Made by a program: the position numbers and the translations under genes. A stretch of 64,000 nucleotides of DNA from NCBI GenBank assembly GCA_963643725.1, contig CAVILR010000004.1, positions 5,438-69,437 on the forward strand. Reading direction: 5' to 3'. The notes below the pieces were generated by a model that saw only the letters and a program-made list of their open reading frames with translations, did no database searches and had not been told where the DNA came from. Each line of letters opens with the position of its first letter. Within the stretch, counting starts at the first letter, position 1. Below are positions 43,519 to 52,569 of the stretch, piece after piece. Source of the DNA: Lachnospiraceae bacterium (GTDB lineage: Bacteria > Bacillota_I > Bacilli_A > RFN20 > CAG-826).

Positions 43519-44038
43519 CGATTCTTTTAAATTCTTTGAAATATCTTTCGACAGCGTTATTATCGAATGGATATTTTTTCTCTTTCATCAATTCGTATGT
43601 TTTATTAACAGTCTTACTCAAAATAGAGCGAATATCTTCTGGATAATGTTGCTCTTTCGCGTGTTTATGATATTCGCTTACATCTAAAAGCCTAGTCGAA
43701 CCATCAACATATTGTTTAACATCGAGATCGTAATCAATGTATTTAAGAAAACCTTTATCGTATATCGTCGGGGAGGCAATATTGACATAAAAACAAACGC
43801 CATCTTCTTTCATCATCGCGATGACATTAAACCATTCCTTCTTCGACATGATGAATATCGCCGGTTCCTTTGAATGCCATTTACGTCCATCGCTTTCGAT
43901 GACTGAAGCGCGAATTGATGCGACGATAAAATAATCGGTTGTATCATCGATAACAAGGCCATGGCTCCATTGTCTATGAAGCTCACCGTTATGCTTATAA
44001 GCCTGCACAATTATCCATTTTCCACGGAGTGAATTCAT
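43511..44038 (-). CDS. DUF402-family nucleoside tri/diphosphatase (Ntdp/YgaC-like)
   Basis: VQAYKHNGELHRQW...ESDGRKWHSKEPAI...WFNVIAM...YVNIASP matches the DUF402 pattern. Confidence 0.75.
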   Translation of the reverse strand: MNSLRGKWIIVQAYKHNGELHRQWSHGLVIDDTTDYFIVASIRASVIESDGRKWHSKEPAIFIMSKKEWFNVIAMMKEDGVCFYVNIASPTIYDKGFLKYIDYDLDVKQYVDGSTRLLDVSEYHKHAKEQHYPEDIRSILSKTVNKTYELMKEKKYPFDNNAVERYFKEFKRIVN

Positions 44039-45171
44039 TTATTAAATGCCTCAATAAGCTGGCAGAACTCCAGCAACTCTTCTTTATATTCCATCATCGG
44101 TGATGGATCAAATCCGTGTTCAAGAGGTAAGACCATCGTCGGATCATCATAGCCTAGACAGACAAATATTTTGCCATTATGAAGGGAGATAGCAACGTCG
44201 ATGAGTTGCTTACCAGTTTTAATTTTTTTAATTTTTGAAAGAATGTCTTTAGTGAGAACCTTTTTCCAATTTGCATTGTTAGAATAGACGAGAAATTTAT
44301 CATCTTCTAAAACATTTTTAATTTCGTCGATATTTGTCGGAGGAAGCGCTCGTTTATCGCCTTTGATATAAATAATAATCGGATTAGCGTCGTCATAGCT
44401 TGCGGGTCCAACGAGATATTTACCGACGAAAACAGGAAGCATGCGCTTATCAGTTTTTACCTGCGCGGCGGCTTCAACGACCATTAAATGGAGTCCGTTA
44501 TAATCAAAATCAGTTAATCCGCGCGAACCAACATCAACAACATCTTTATAAAGAAGATTTTCATCGAACTGAATTTTTTCAATTTTTCCAGGAGTTTGAA
44601 TTTGAATGTTGCTAAATTGTTTACCCTTAAGAGTAAAGTCGCTCACGCATTGATAATAATTCGTAAAATATTCGCGCATCTTGCGGTTTATAACCCTTTT
44701 GATAAGCAAACTATATGTAAATGTTAAGACTAATGCTAAAGCAACAGTGATAACCATCGTTGGCATAACCCATGATGCTTGTTTGCCATCGCTATCTTTT
44801 CCAATATTAGGAAGAAGCACCCAGGCGCAGACGACGATAACTAAGCAAATGATGCCGACAACCCATTTAATTATCTTTTGTTTATTATAAAAGCTTAAAA
44901 AGACCTTACGATTTTCTTCAATTTGTTTCAAGGAATCATCACTATATTCAAAAGACTCGACAACCTTGTCGTAGATTGGATCGTCGCTTTCCTTGTTATC
45001 TACTTTTGTAGATACATCCGCGTTTTCATCGTGTGTTGCGCTCAAATTTTCGTGTGTTGTAACTTCATTTTTATTATCGACTTCTTGCTTATTGTCATCG
45101 ACTTGAAGTTCTTTTTCTTTCTCTTTAGCCATAGTTATAAATTCCAATAATTCCTTATAGGAATATACCAC
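44035..45171 (-). CDS. hypothetical membrane protein (acidic N-terminus, 2 central TM helices, C-terminal soluble domain)
   Basis: 378 aa. Stop overlaps the downstream DUF402 start. No catalytic motif recognised. Confidence 0.5.
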   Translation of the reverse strand: MVYSYKELLEFITMAKEKEKELQVDDNKQEVDNKNEVTTHENLSATHDENADVSTKVDNKESDDPIYDKVVESFEYSDDSLKQIEENRKVFLSFYNKQKIIKWVVGIICLVIVVCAWVLLPNIGKDSDGKQASWVMPTMVITVALALVLTFTYSLLIKRVINRKMREYFTNYYQCVSDFTLKGKQFSNIQIQTPGKIEKIQFDENLLYKDVVDVGSRGLTDFDYNGLHLMVVEAAAQVKTDKRMLPVFVGKYLVGPASYDDANPIIIYIKGDKRALPPTNIDEIKNVLEDDKFLVYSNNANWKKVLTKDILSKIKKIKTGKQLIDVAISLHNGKIFVCLGYDDPTMVLPLEHGFDPSPMMEYKEELLEFCQLIEAFNK

Positions 45172-45210
45172 AAAATTCTAACGATAGGAAATGAATGAAA
45201 AATTCGCTTC

Positions 45211-46212
45211 TTAATTTACGCTTTTAATCGGGTAATGACGATTGATTGATAAAAACGGTTTATATAAGAACATAACTACGACAATCGCAGCCGTCCCAGA
45301 AAGAGGAATATAAACAGCGTTATATGTTAAAGCTTGGACTAAATCGAGCCCATAGATAAGCATTGAACTAACTGTCGAGCCAATAAATCGCACTAATGTA
45401 GATAATACTCCACCTAAAAGAATGAATAATTCACCTTTGAGCAAAGATGTATTTTCGTCAATGATTATCTTTCTAAATAACCCGAGAATGGCAACTGAAC
45501 CAAAAGCGATGAAATAATCAAATGGGAACGTAACAAAACCATAGCCATCGCTGATACAAGATAAAAGTCCATAGACGAGTCCACCGGCGACAAGGCCATG
45601 TAAAGGACCTCTTCTTAAGGCGATAAAGAATAGAGGAAGCATTTGAAAATTAATTGATCCCCCAGTTGAGCCAACGGGAATCTTAATAAAACTAAGCACA
45701 AATGCCATCGCAATTAAGACACCATCCTCACAAATCGATGCGACATTATCGCCATATTTCTTTGGCGAAGTTAATAGCGATGCCAAGCTTGATAAAAGAG
45801 TGAAAAAGATTGCTAAAGCTAATCCATAACCAATCTCCGCGGATTTATAATTTTCAATTAATAATTCAGCAAAATAAGAGAATATTTCTTTCTCAACAAG
45901 CAATAACAAAACGGCGATTAAAGAAGTGAAAACGCTGATGATAGCGATATTTTCGGTATCTTTGAATTTATTAATTAAATACATTAAGGGTAGTAATCCG
46001 CCTAGAGAAATAAATACAAGGATAACAATAATTAACCATATAGGAGTTAAAGAAGAATTAAATAAATCCCATAGGTGCACATCAAAGTATTCACTAGTAT
46101 CTCCAACTTCTGTTTTATAGGTTAAATCCACTCCTAAAAGAAACAAAATAGCGATGATAGAACAGACTAATGGCAAATAATACTTAATCTTATTAAATGC
46201 TTTTTCTTTCAT
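45211..46212 (-). CDS. thiT: ThiT-like ECF S-component (thiamine transporter) with a roughly 155-aa N-terminal 4-TM extension
   Basis: The C-terminal 180 aa match the ThiT pattern (LPLFFIALRRGPLHGLVAGGLVYGLLS, ILGLFR). Preceded by a TPP riboswitch. Start set to the ATG at 46212 (GGAGG 5 nt upstream); the track start is inside the SD. Confidence 0.7.
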   Translation of the reverse strand: MKEKAFNKIKYYLPLVCSIIAILFLLGVDLTYKTEVGDTSEYFDVHLWDLFNSSLTPIWLIIVILVFISLGGLLPLMYLINKFKDTENIAIISVFTSLIAVLLLLVEKEIFSYFAELLIENYKSAEIGYGLALAIFFTLLSSLASLLTSPKKYGDNVASICEDGVLIAMAFVLSFIKIPVGSTGGSINFQMLPLFFIALRRGPLHGLVAGGLVYGLLSCISDGYGFVTFPFDYFIAFGSVAILGLFRKIIIDENTSLLKGELFILLGGVLSTLVRFIGSTVSSMLIYGLDLVQALTYNAVYIPLSGTAAIVVVMFLYKPFLSINRHYPIKSVN

Positions 46213-46330
46213 AAAAACCTCCATCTCGGAGGTAATAAAAAGGCTACCTCCGCCAGCATTACCTGGATCAGGTCCCGTCGAGTTCTCAATTAAACTCCTC
46301 TCAGCCTCAAATATGAAGCTCCGGTTGACT
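46213..46330 (-). ncRNA. TPP (THI-box) riboswitch with SD-sequestering expression platform
   Basis: Minus strand reads ...CCGGAGC..GGCTGAGAGG...ACGGGACCTGATCCAGGTAATGCTGGCGGAGG..., matching the conserved CTGAGA and ACCTGATCnGGnTAATnCCnGCGnAGG cores. It is followed by GGAGGTA-N10-TACCTCC and the SD GGAGG. Coordinates accurate to about 2 nt. Confidence 0.85.
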
Positions 46331-46341
46331 AGATTATAGTT

Positions 46342-47007
46342 TTATCTATTGCACCAATCAATAGTTTTTACGTTATTCGCTCTTAAAAATTCATTGCATT
46401 TAGAGAATTGGTGTTTATCAAACCAACCACCTTGATTCGCGCTTAATGGAGACGGGTGGCTACTTTCTAAAACTAAATGTTTTGGGTTATTTAAATAACG
46501 TTTATATTTTTTTGCAAAATTTCCCCAAAGCATAAATACAATAGGTTGGTTTAACGAATTAAGATAATCAAATAAATCTCTCATCAATTGTTCATATTCT
46601 TTTCTTTTATGAGATAAAGGTTGATGGGCAATAACCGTTAAATAAGCATTGATTAGAAAAACGCCTTGTCTAGCTAAATAAGTTAAATCTCCATCTTCTT
46701 TCATAGATATCGATAAATCGTTTTCAAGTTCTCGATAAATATTTCTTAACGAAGGAGGTAATTGCTCACTTGATGGTACAGAAAAAGATAGCCCCATCGC
46801 TTGATTTTCATTGTGATAAGGATCTTGCCCAAGGATAACGACCTTAATATTTTCAACAGGTGTTAATTTAAATGCATTAAATAATAAATCTCTTTTTGGA
46901 TATATCGTTTTGGTCTTATATTCTTCATCAAGAAAAGACATTAAACATTTAAAATAATCTTTATCTTTAATACTTTCAAAAAAACTATCCCAAGAATTAT
47001 TAATCAT
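46342..47007 (-). CDS. ung: uracil-DNA glycosylase (family 1)
   Basis: VVILGQDPYH water-activating loop, and HPSPLSA with the leucine loop. Confidence 0.9.
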   Translation of the reverse strand: MINNSWDSFFESIKDKDYFKCLMSFLDEEYKTKTIYPKRDLLFNAFKLTPVENIKVVILGQDPYHNENQAMGLSFSVPSSEQLPPSLRNIYRELENDLSISMKEDGDLTYLARQGVFLINAYLTVIAHQPLSHKRKEYEQLMRDLFDYLNSLNQPIVFMLWGNFAKKYKRYLNNPKHLVLESSHPSPLSANQGGWFDKHQFSKCNEFLRANNVKTIDWCNR

Positions 47008-47084
47008 ATGAATATTATGAAATCATTAACCGGTTAATAAAATGCTTTATTTATAAATAAACGAAAAATAGTAAAATAAGAACA

Positions 47085-48170
47085 ATGAAAAAAGTTCTAT
47101 TCGTTTTCAATCATCCTGCGCCTTATAAAGTGAGACTATTAAACGAGATTGCTAAGTTTTTAGATTTAACAGTTATCTTTGAGCGAGATAAAAATAAAGA
47201 TAGAAACAAAGCTTTTTATTTTGAACATGAGATGAATTTTAAAACCGTAAAAATAAATGGACTACCAATAGGCAAAGAAAATATCATCTCAAACGGTGTA
47301 AAAAATCATATAAAACATAACCATTACGACTTAATTATCATGAACGGTTATTCGCAATTTGCCGAGATGAGTGCAATTAATTATTTAATAAAAAAACACA
47401 TTCCTTATTGCTTATATATCAACGGAGGAATAATCAAGGAAAGAGAAGATTTGATACATCGCCATCTTAAAAGAAAATATATTTCTCACGCTAGTTTCTA
47501 TCTTTCGCCAGACGATAGGTCAAATGAATATTTAATCTACTATGGAGCGAAGAAAGAAAAAATATATAACTACCCTTACTCAACAATTTATCGAGATGAA
47601 ATTATTCATAAGTTATTAAGTGAAGAAGAAATTAATAAAGAAAAGATAAGTAAAAACATAACCGCGAAAGAAGTATATATATCCGCAGGTCAACTAATTA
47701 AAAGAAAGAATTATTTATCATTAGTTAAGTGTTGGCCAGAGGATAATAACAAGCTACTTTTAATTGCAGGAATCGGCAAAGAAGAAAAAGCAATTCGCAA
47801 ATATTTGAGGCAAAACGCCATCAAAAATGTAAAATTGCTTGGCTTTTTATCTCGAAACGAATTGTTCTCATATTACCGAATTTCGAATGCATTTATCTTC
47901 CCAAGTAACGAAGATATTTATGGACACGTTATTAACGAAGCGATGTCGCAAGGCTTGCCAGTAATATCATTGCCTAATGTTAATGCTGCGAGAAAACTAA
48001 TACATAATGAAGTAAATGGTTATATATTGCCTGAGCTTAATAAGGATTCTCTTCTCAGAGCGTTAGATAAGGCGGCAACACTAGACAAAAGCGAGTCAAT
48101 CAATGAAGCTAAGAAAAACACCATTGAAGAGATGGTGAAAGTTCATAAAACCATACTTTTAAATCAATAA
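47085..48170 (+). CDS. GT4 (GT-B fold) glycosyltransferase
   Basis: C-terminal FIFPSNEDIYGHVINEAMSQGLPVIS (E-x7-E type motif). Confidence 0.8.
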   Translation: MKKVLFVFNHPAPYKVRLLNEIAKFLDLTVIFERDKNKDRNKAFYFEHEMNFKTVKINGLPIGKENIISNGVKNHIKHNHYDLIIMNGYSQFAEMSAINYLIKKHIPYCLYINGGIIKEREDLIHRHLKRKYISHASFYLSPDDRSNEYLIYYGAKKEKIYNYPYSTIYRDEIIHKLLSEEEINKEKISKNITAKEVYISAGQLIKRKNYLSLVKCWPEDNNKLLLIAGIGKEEKAIRKYLRQNAIKNVKLLGFLSRNELFSYYRISNAFIFPSNEDIYGHVINEAMSQGLPVISLPNVNAARKLIHNEVNGYILPELNKDSLLRALDKAATLDKSESINEAKKNTIEEMVKVHKTILLNQ

Positions 48171-48198
48171 ATACTGCATTTTAATGTACAAAAGTTTT

Positions 48199-48231
48199 AC
48201 CGACATTTTTACCGACATTTTTACCGACATC
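48199..48231. repeat. 12-bp tandem repeat ACCGACATTTTT x 2.75 in a convergent intergenic region
   Basis: Read directly: accgacattttt accgacattttt accgacatc. It shares a 10-nt core (CCGACATTTT) with the in-gene array at 48489-48548. Confidence 0.85.
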
Positions 48232-48282
48232 AATTTATTATGGTTTTTGGCAAAACAACAATTATTTTAGCTTAATAAAAAC

Positions 48283-49710
48283 TTATTTGACTATTTCCCA
48301 GTAACCGCCTTTATCTCCGCCGACTCGTTTTATTTTATTTGATGTTTTTATAATTCTTTCAACGGTCTTTGTAGTCTTGCCAAGAGCAATTGCCATTTCC
48401 TTCTGTGAAATTTTATTATTACCTTTTATTAATTTAATCAATTTATTCTCATCTTTCGAAGACTTTTTAGTTTTTTTGTTTAACTTTTCTCCGACATTTT
48501 CTCCGACATTTTCTCCGACATTTTCTCCGACATTTTCTCCGACATTTTCGAATTCAGCAAGTGTATTAAAAGAGAGCTTCACCGTGAACGAGGTGTTATC
48601 CTTGCTAAATTCGAAAGCATCGGGGCCGTACTTTCTAATAATTGTATTAACACCTTTTCCACTTTCTTCAAAATTTTCAAACTTCATAAAAACACGAGCA
48701 AGGTCTGGATTGATAGGAATAGACTGGCCACGTAGGAATTCCTCTTTAGTCTGAACGGTTAATGGGCTGCCATGAGAATAAACTTCTAAATGATCGCTGA
48801 ACAAAAACACAGACGGTCCACTTCCAGATGAATAATCATTATGTAAAACAGCATTGATATATGCTTCTCGAAATGAATCCATATCAAATAAATATTCATC
48901 TCTTCTCGAAGCTTTTCCGGGATCGAAATAAGATCTAACTTTATTTTCTATTTTTTCCATATATTCAGTTAAATCATCAATAGTCTTTAAAACGCAACAA
49001 TTACCAAACTCTTTTCTATATACAAAATCAGACCTTTTATTAACGCCTACAAATTTAGTAATTTTTAAAGACATATCGAATTGATCGGATAACATGAATG
49101 CAATGTAATTAAATTTGCCTTCCTTTGTAAGCATATGGTTATTTGAAAACAAATTATCTTCGTTATATGTAATGTTATATTCATCAAGATAAATTCGAAA
49201 TATTCTAAAAGTTAAATCCTGTCTAGGAGATTCTTCTTTTGATAACGAAAATTCTTCACCGTTAAGTATTGACCATAATTTCTTTTCACATTTTGGATAT
49301 TTATTTAATGTTGTTTTGCTTGAACCGACTCTTATATAACGAATGCCTTTGTAGTCGGTGATTATATCACTTGATGCGGGTATTTGAAGATACACAATTC
49401 GCTTGTCATCAATTAATTCTTCTTTAAAATCTATATCAAAACGAGGATTTAAATTTCTTGATAAATAATGAGAATAATTTTCTCCGTTTACTTCCTTCTG
49501 ATAGTTAAATTTTGTGTTGGTTAATTCTCTAGTTTTATCATTAACACCCCAAATTAAATAAGCAAATTCTTGCTTTCGGAGACATGCTCCATTTGATAAA
49601 GCTGAAATATATTCACCAATTTCGTCCTTATCGCGAAAACTATCTTTGAATTCGATGTATTCACATTCGCTTTTATTGTTAATAATGTTAAGCAATTCGT
49701 CCTTGTTCAT
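48283..49710 (-). CDS. COG2865-type protein: Schlafen/AlbA_2 domain plus HATPase_c_4-like domain plus (GENV)5 linker plus C-terminal wHTH
   Basis: ECEYIEFK and ALSNGA...LIWGV (AlbA_2). REAYINAVLHNDY...HLEVYSHGSP (HATPase_c_4-like). C-terminal ISQKEMAIALGKTTKTVERII HTH. Start set to MNKDELL (ATG 49710). Confidence 0.8.
   Translation of the reverse strand: MNKDELLNIINNKSECEYIEFKDSFRDKDEIGEYISALSNGACLRKQEFAYLIWGVNDKTRELTNTKFNYQKEVNGENYSHYLSRNLNPRFDIDFKEELIDDKRIVYLQIPASSDIITDYKGIRYIRVGSSKTTLNKYPKCEKKLWSILNGEEFSLSKEESPRQDLTFRIFRIYLDEYNITYNEDNLFSNNHMLTKEGKFNYIAFMLSDQFDMSLKITKFVGVNKRSDFVYRKEFGNCCVLKTIDDLTEYMEKIENKVRSYFDPGKASRRDEYLFDMDSFREAYINAVLHNDYSSGSGPSVFLFSDHLEVYSHGSPLTVQTKEEFLRGQSIPINPDLARVFMKFENFEESGKGVNTIIRKYGPDAFEFSKDNTSFTVKLSFNTLAEFENVGENVGENVGENVGENVGEKLNKKTKKSSKDENKLIKLIKGNNKISQKEMAIALGKTTKTVERIIKTSNKIKRVGGDKGGYWEIVK
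48489..48548. repeat. perfect 12-bp x 5 in-frame tandem repeat (CTCCGACATTTT; encodes GENV x5 on the minus strand)
   Basis: Five identical contiguous units read directly. Located between the ATPase-like core and the wHTH of the COG2865 gene. Confidence 0.95.
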
Positions 49711-49787
49711 CTTAATGAAATAATAGCATAAATAGACATTAAATTGTTTATGCAAGAGCAAAGATTGAGAAAGATAGAATATTTATC

Positions 49788-50981
49788 CTATTTTTTATAT
49801 TGCTTGAGCAATTCTTTTTCAATTTGCTTAACTAGTTTTTCACTCGAAAGATTTTCATTAAAATAAGTTAAATTGTTTGAACCCATTGTTTCTTTTTCTT
49901 TTGAAGGAAGCGATAAGAAATCTTCTATACATCTAGCTATATCTATTGGATTTTCATTTGAAAATAGAGTTCCTTTAGCTTTTTCTAACAATTCTTTGCC
50001 ATCGCCTTTAATAACGCCAATTAAGGGCTTTTGGTATTTCATATATTGAATAGCTTTATTAGGAATTGTTCTTCCGACATAGCCTTCATCTTTAAGAGAC
50101 ACAATTAAAGCATCTGCATTTTTATAATATCTTTCAGCTTCTTCAATCGGCAATGCCCCATGATAAAAAATCCGATCATTCATCTTTAATTCATTGATAA
50201 GTTCAAGAATATAAATGAGTTCGTTTCCCATCCCCATTAGATGAAAAGCGGCATCTTTATTTGAAATTAACGAAAATGCTCTAACTAAATTCTCGGTCAA
50301 CTGAAGCGTTCCGATATTCCCAGCATAAACAAAATTATATTTATGATTATATTTAATAGCCTCTTTCTCATTGCTTTCACTTTGAATGATAGGTTGATTG
50401 ATATAGACATATTCTTTATCTTTTAGTTTTAATACATCATGAAAATATTCTATAAATGATGGCGAAGACACGATGATTTCATCGCACTTTTTGTATAGAT
50501 TCCTGCTCCAAAAATAAAGGAATTTATAAATAAGAGAGTTATATCTAACAGCCTTTGTCACAACTGTTGATTCGGGCCATAAATCTTCACAAATTAAAAT
50601 GTGAGGAACGCGATGCTTTTTTGCATAAACAATCGCTGGAGCAATGGAAATAACCGGCGATAAAGATATAGATAAAACAACATCGAATTCTTGCTTTAGA
50701 TGTTTAGCAAATCTCTTCGCATTAAAGTAAAAAGACAAATAATTAAAATATATCGATGATTTACTATATTTTCTTGGAAATAAATTGATGCGATAAATCT
50801 CTACTCCATTAATAATTTCATATTTAACTTTCTTGTATTCAGGAAGTATGCGTTGAAATCCATAATTAGGTTTACCCGTGATAACGCTGACACGGTGGCC
50901 AAGTTTAACTAAACCTTCAGCGATATCCTTATTAGAATTCCGCTCCGGATAATAATATTGACTTACTAAGAGTATTCGCAC
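49788..50981 (-). CDS. GT4 glycosyltransferase (WcaI-like)
   Basis: MRILLVSQYYYPE N-terminus and the C-terminal region ADALIVSLKDEGYVGRTIPNKAIQYMKYQKPLIG. Confidence 0.8.
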   Translation of the reverse strand: MRILLVSQYYYPERNSNKDIAEGLVKLGHRVSVITGKPNYGFQRILPEYKKVKYEIINGVEIYRINLFPRKYSKSSIYFNYLSFYFNAKRFAKHLKQEFDVVLSISLSPVISIAPAIVYAKKHRVPHILICEDLWPESTVVTKAVRYNSLIYKFLYFWSRNLYKKCDEIIVSSPSFIEYFHDVLKLKDKEYVYINQPIIQSESNEKEAIKYNHKYNFVYAGNIGTLQLTENLVRAFSLISNKDAAFHLMGMGNELIYILELINELKMNDRIFYHGALPIEEAERYYKNADALIVSLKDEGYVGRTIPNKAIQYMKYQKPLIGVIKGDGKELLEKAKGTLFSNENPIDIARCIEDFLSLPSKEKETMGSNNLTYFNENLSSEKLVKQIEKELLKQYKK

Positions 50982-51086
50982 GCTTCTATTATATAGAAAT
51001 TATTAATAACGATGAAATGTTATTCGATTCACATTAAAGATTTTTAATCTTTTAAACATTATTGTTTATACTTATAACAAGCGATT

Positions 51087-52565
51087 ATGAAAGCAAGTAT
51101 TCACACGAATGTAGTTGTTAATTTAATAAGAACAGTCGCGATGACATTGTTGTCATTTATAACTTTTCCATTTGTCTGTCGAATTCTTGGCGATGCGGCA
51201 TTAGGTACATTCTCCTGGGCTAGTTCGTTTATCTACTACTTCATTATTCTTTCTAAAATATCGATTCCAAATATCGCCGTCAGAGAATGTGCGAAGGTTA
51301 AAGATGATCCAGCTAAATTATCGATGAGAATTCAAGAATTCTTCATCATCCAAGCCATAACAACTTTGTTGTCGTTCATCTTTATGCTCATTTTAGTTTT
51401 AAGCATACCAACCTTGCATGAAGGTGATAATTCATCGATTATTTTTATACTTTCTTTAAATTTTCTAGCTAGCGTATTTGCTTTTGAATGGGTGTTCACC
51501 GCCTTAGAAAAACAAACATATCTTGCTATTAGATCAATTGTTATCTTAGCCTTCGTCGATATCTTAATCTTCGCATTAGTGAGATATAAAGAATGGCTAC
51601 CTTTATATAGCTTTATAACTACATTAGTAACGATACTAACTGTCGTATCAAATCTTATTTATTTACCATCGTTAGTAAAATTTAAGAAAACAGGTTCATA
51701 CAATTTAAAACAATATCTACCAATATTAGGAATCCTATTTTTAATATCCTTAACCGTTGCTATTTATAGTAAAACTGATTCATTTATCCTTGGTTTAATC
51801 GATGAGAGTAAGGCATCGGTAGGCAGTTATTCTGTCGGTATGAAAGGCGTTGATATTGTAATTGGAATTATCACCGCGTTAGGCACTGTATTTATGCCTA
51901 GGGCGTCTTCATATTATGCAAAAAACGACATGAAGAATTATGCAAACCTAAATAAATATGCGGCGAATATTTGTTTTTTAATCGTCGTTCCATTTATTGC
52001 AATTCTTTCAACGTTAGCTCAGCCAATCACTTATTTGATAAGTGGAGGCGATGGATATAATGAGGCGGGTAAGGTACTAATAGCCTTATGCTCACTTATG
52101 CTTACATATTCGTTATCTAATATTATCTATACGCAGATACTAATTCCTCAAAAGAGAGAGAAATTATATTTATATGTAATGCTTATCGGCGCGTTAACTA
52201 ACATCGCTTTATCCCTTTTATTCGGCTTAGTTATCTTTAAAAATAGTCCCGCGTTCGGCGTGGCTCTAGCAACATCTTTAACCGACGCGATCGTATTAAT
52301 CGTTTTATTCGCCTTAACCTATAATGATTCAAAGAAAATATTGTTTAATATAAACAATTTGAAGATTGTTCTAATCGGATTTATTCTAGGCATCTTTTCC
52401 TACTTTGGAGGAAAGGCCATCTTTAATTTAACAATAAATCTAACTTATGAATTATCGCTAATAATTGAAATAGCATCTGTCTTTGTTATAGGCGTTATTA
52501 TCTATTTCACTCTTTTGATATTAACAAGAGAAAAATTAATACGTTCTGTCATAAAAAAGACATAA
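51087..52565 (+). CDS. Wzx-type (MOP superfamily) oligosaccharide flippase
   Basis: 492 aa with about 14 TM helices. N-terminus NLIRTVAMTLLSFITFPFVCRILGDAALGTFSWASSF is typical of polysaccharide biosynthesis flippases. Confidence 0.8.
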   Translation: MKASIHTNVVVNLIRTVAMTLLSFITFPFVCRILGDAALGTFSWASSFIYYFIILSKISIPNIAVRECAKVKDDPAKLSMRIQEFFIIQAITTLLSFIFMLILVLSIPTLHEGDNSSIIFILSLNFLASVFAFEWVFTALEKQTYLAIRSIVILAFVDILIFALVRYKEWLPLYSFITTLVTILTVVSNLIYLPSLVKFKKTGSYNLKQYLPILGILFLISLTVAIYSKTDSFILGLIDESKASVGSYSVGMKGVDIVIGIITALGTVFMPRASSYYAKNDMKNYANLNKYAANICFLIVVPFIAILSTLAQPITYLISGGDGYNEAGKVLIALCSLMLTYSLSNIIYTQILIPQKREKLYLYVMLIGALTNIALSLLFGLVIFKNSPAFGVALATSLTDAIVLIVLFALTYNDSKKILFNINNLKIVLIGFILGIFSYFGGKAIFNLTINLTYELSLIIEIASVFVIGVIIYFTLLILTREKLIRSVIKKT

Positions 52566-52569
52566 CGTA

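Noticed and set aside
46213-46224. Upstream in-frame starts given by the ORF track (MEVF-MKEK for thiT; also 12958 yebC-family, 27407 hydrolase, 31608 gatC, 40052 asnS, 49761 and 63207)
   Set aside because: The extra codons overlap the SD sequence, a neighbouring gene or a repeat array, and lack their own RBS. Downstream ATGs with canonical SD spacing, or family-typical N-termini, were preferred.
48377-48754. 125-aa plus-strand ORF with a (FSPT)5 repeat
   Set aside because: It is the antisense reading of the (GENV)5 repeat inside the well-supported COG2865 gene. It has no RBS and is a low-complexity translation.
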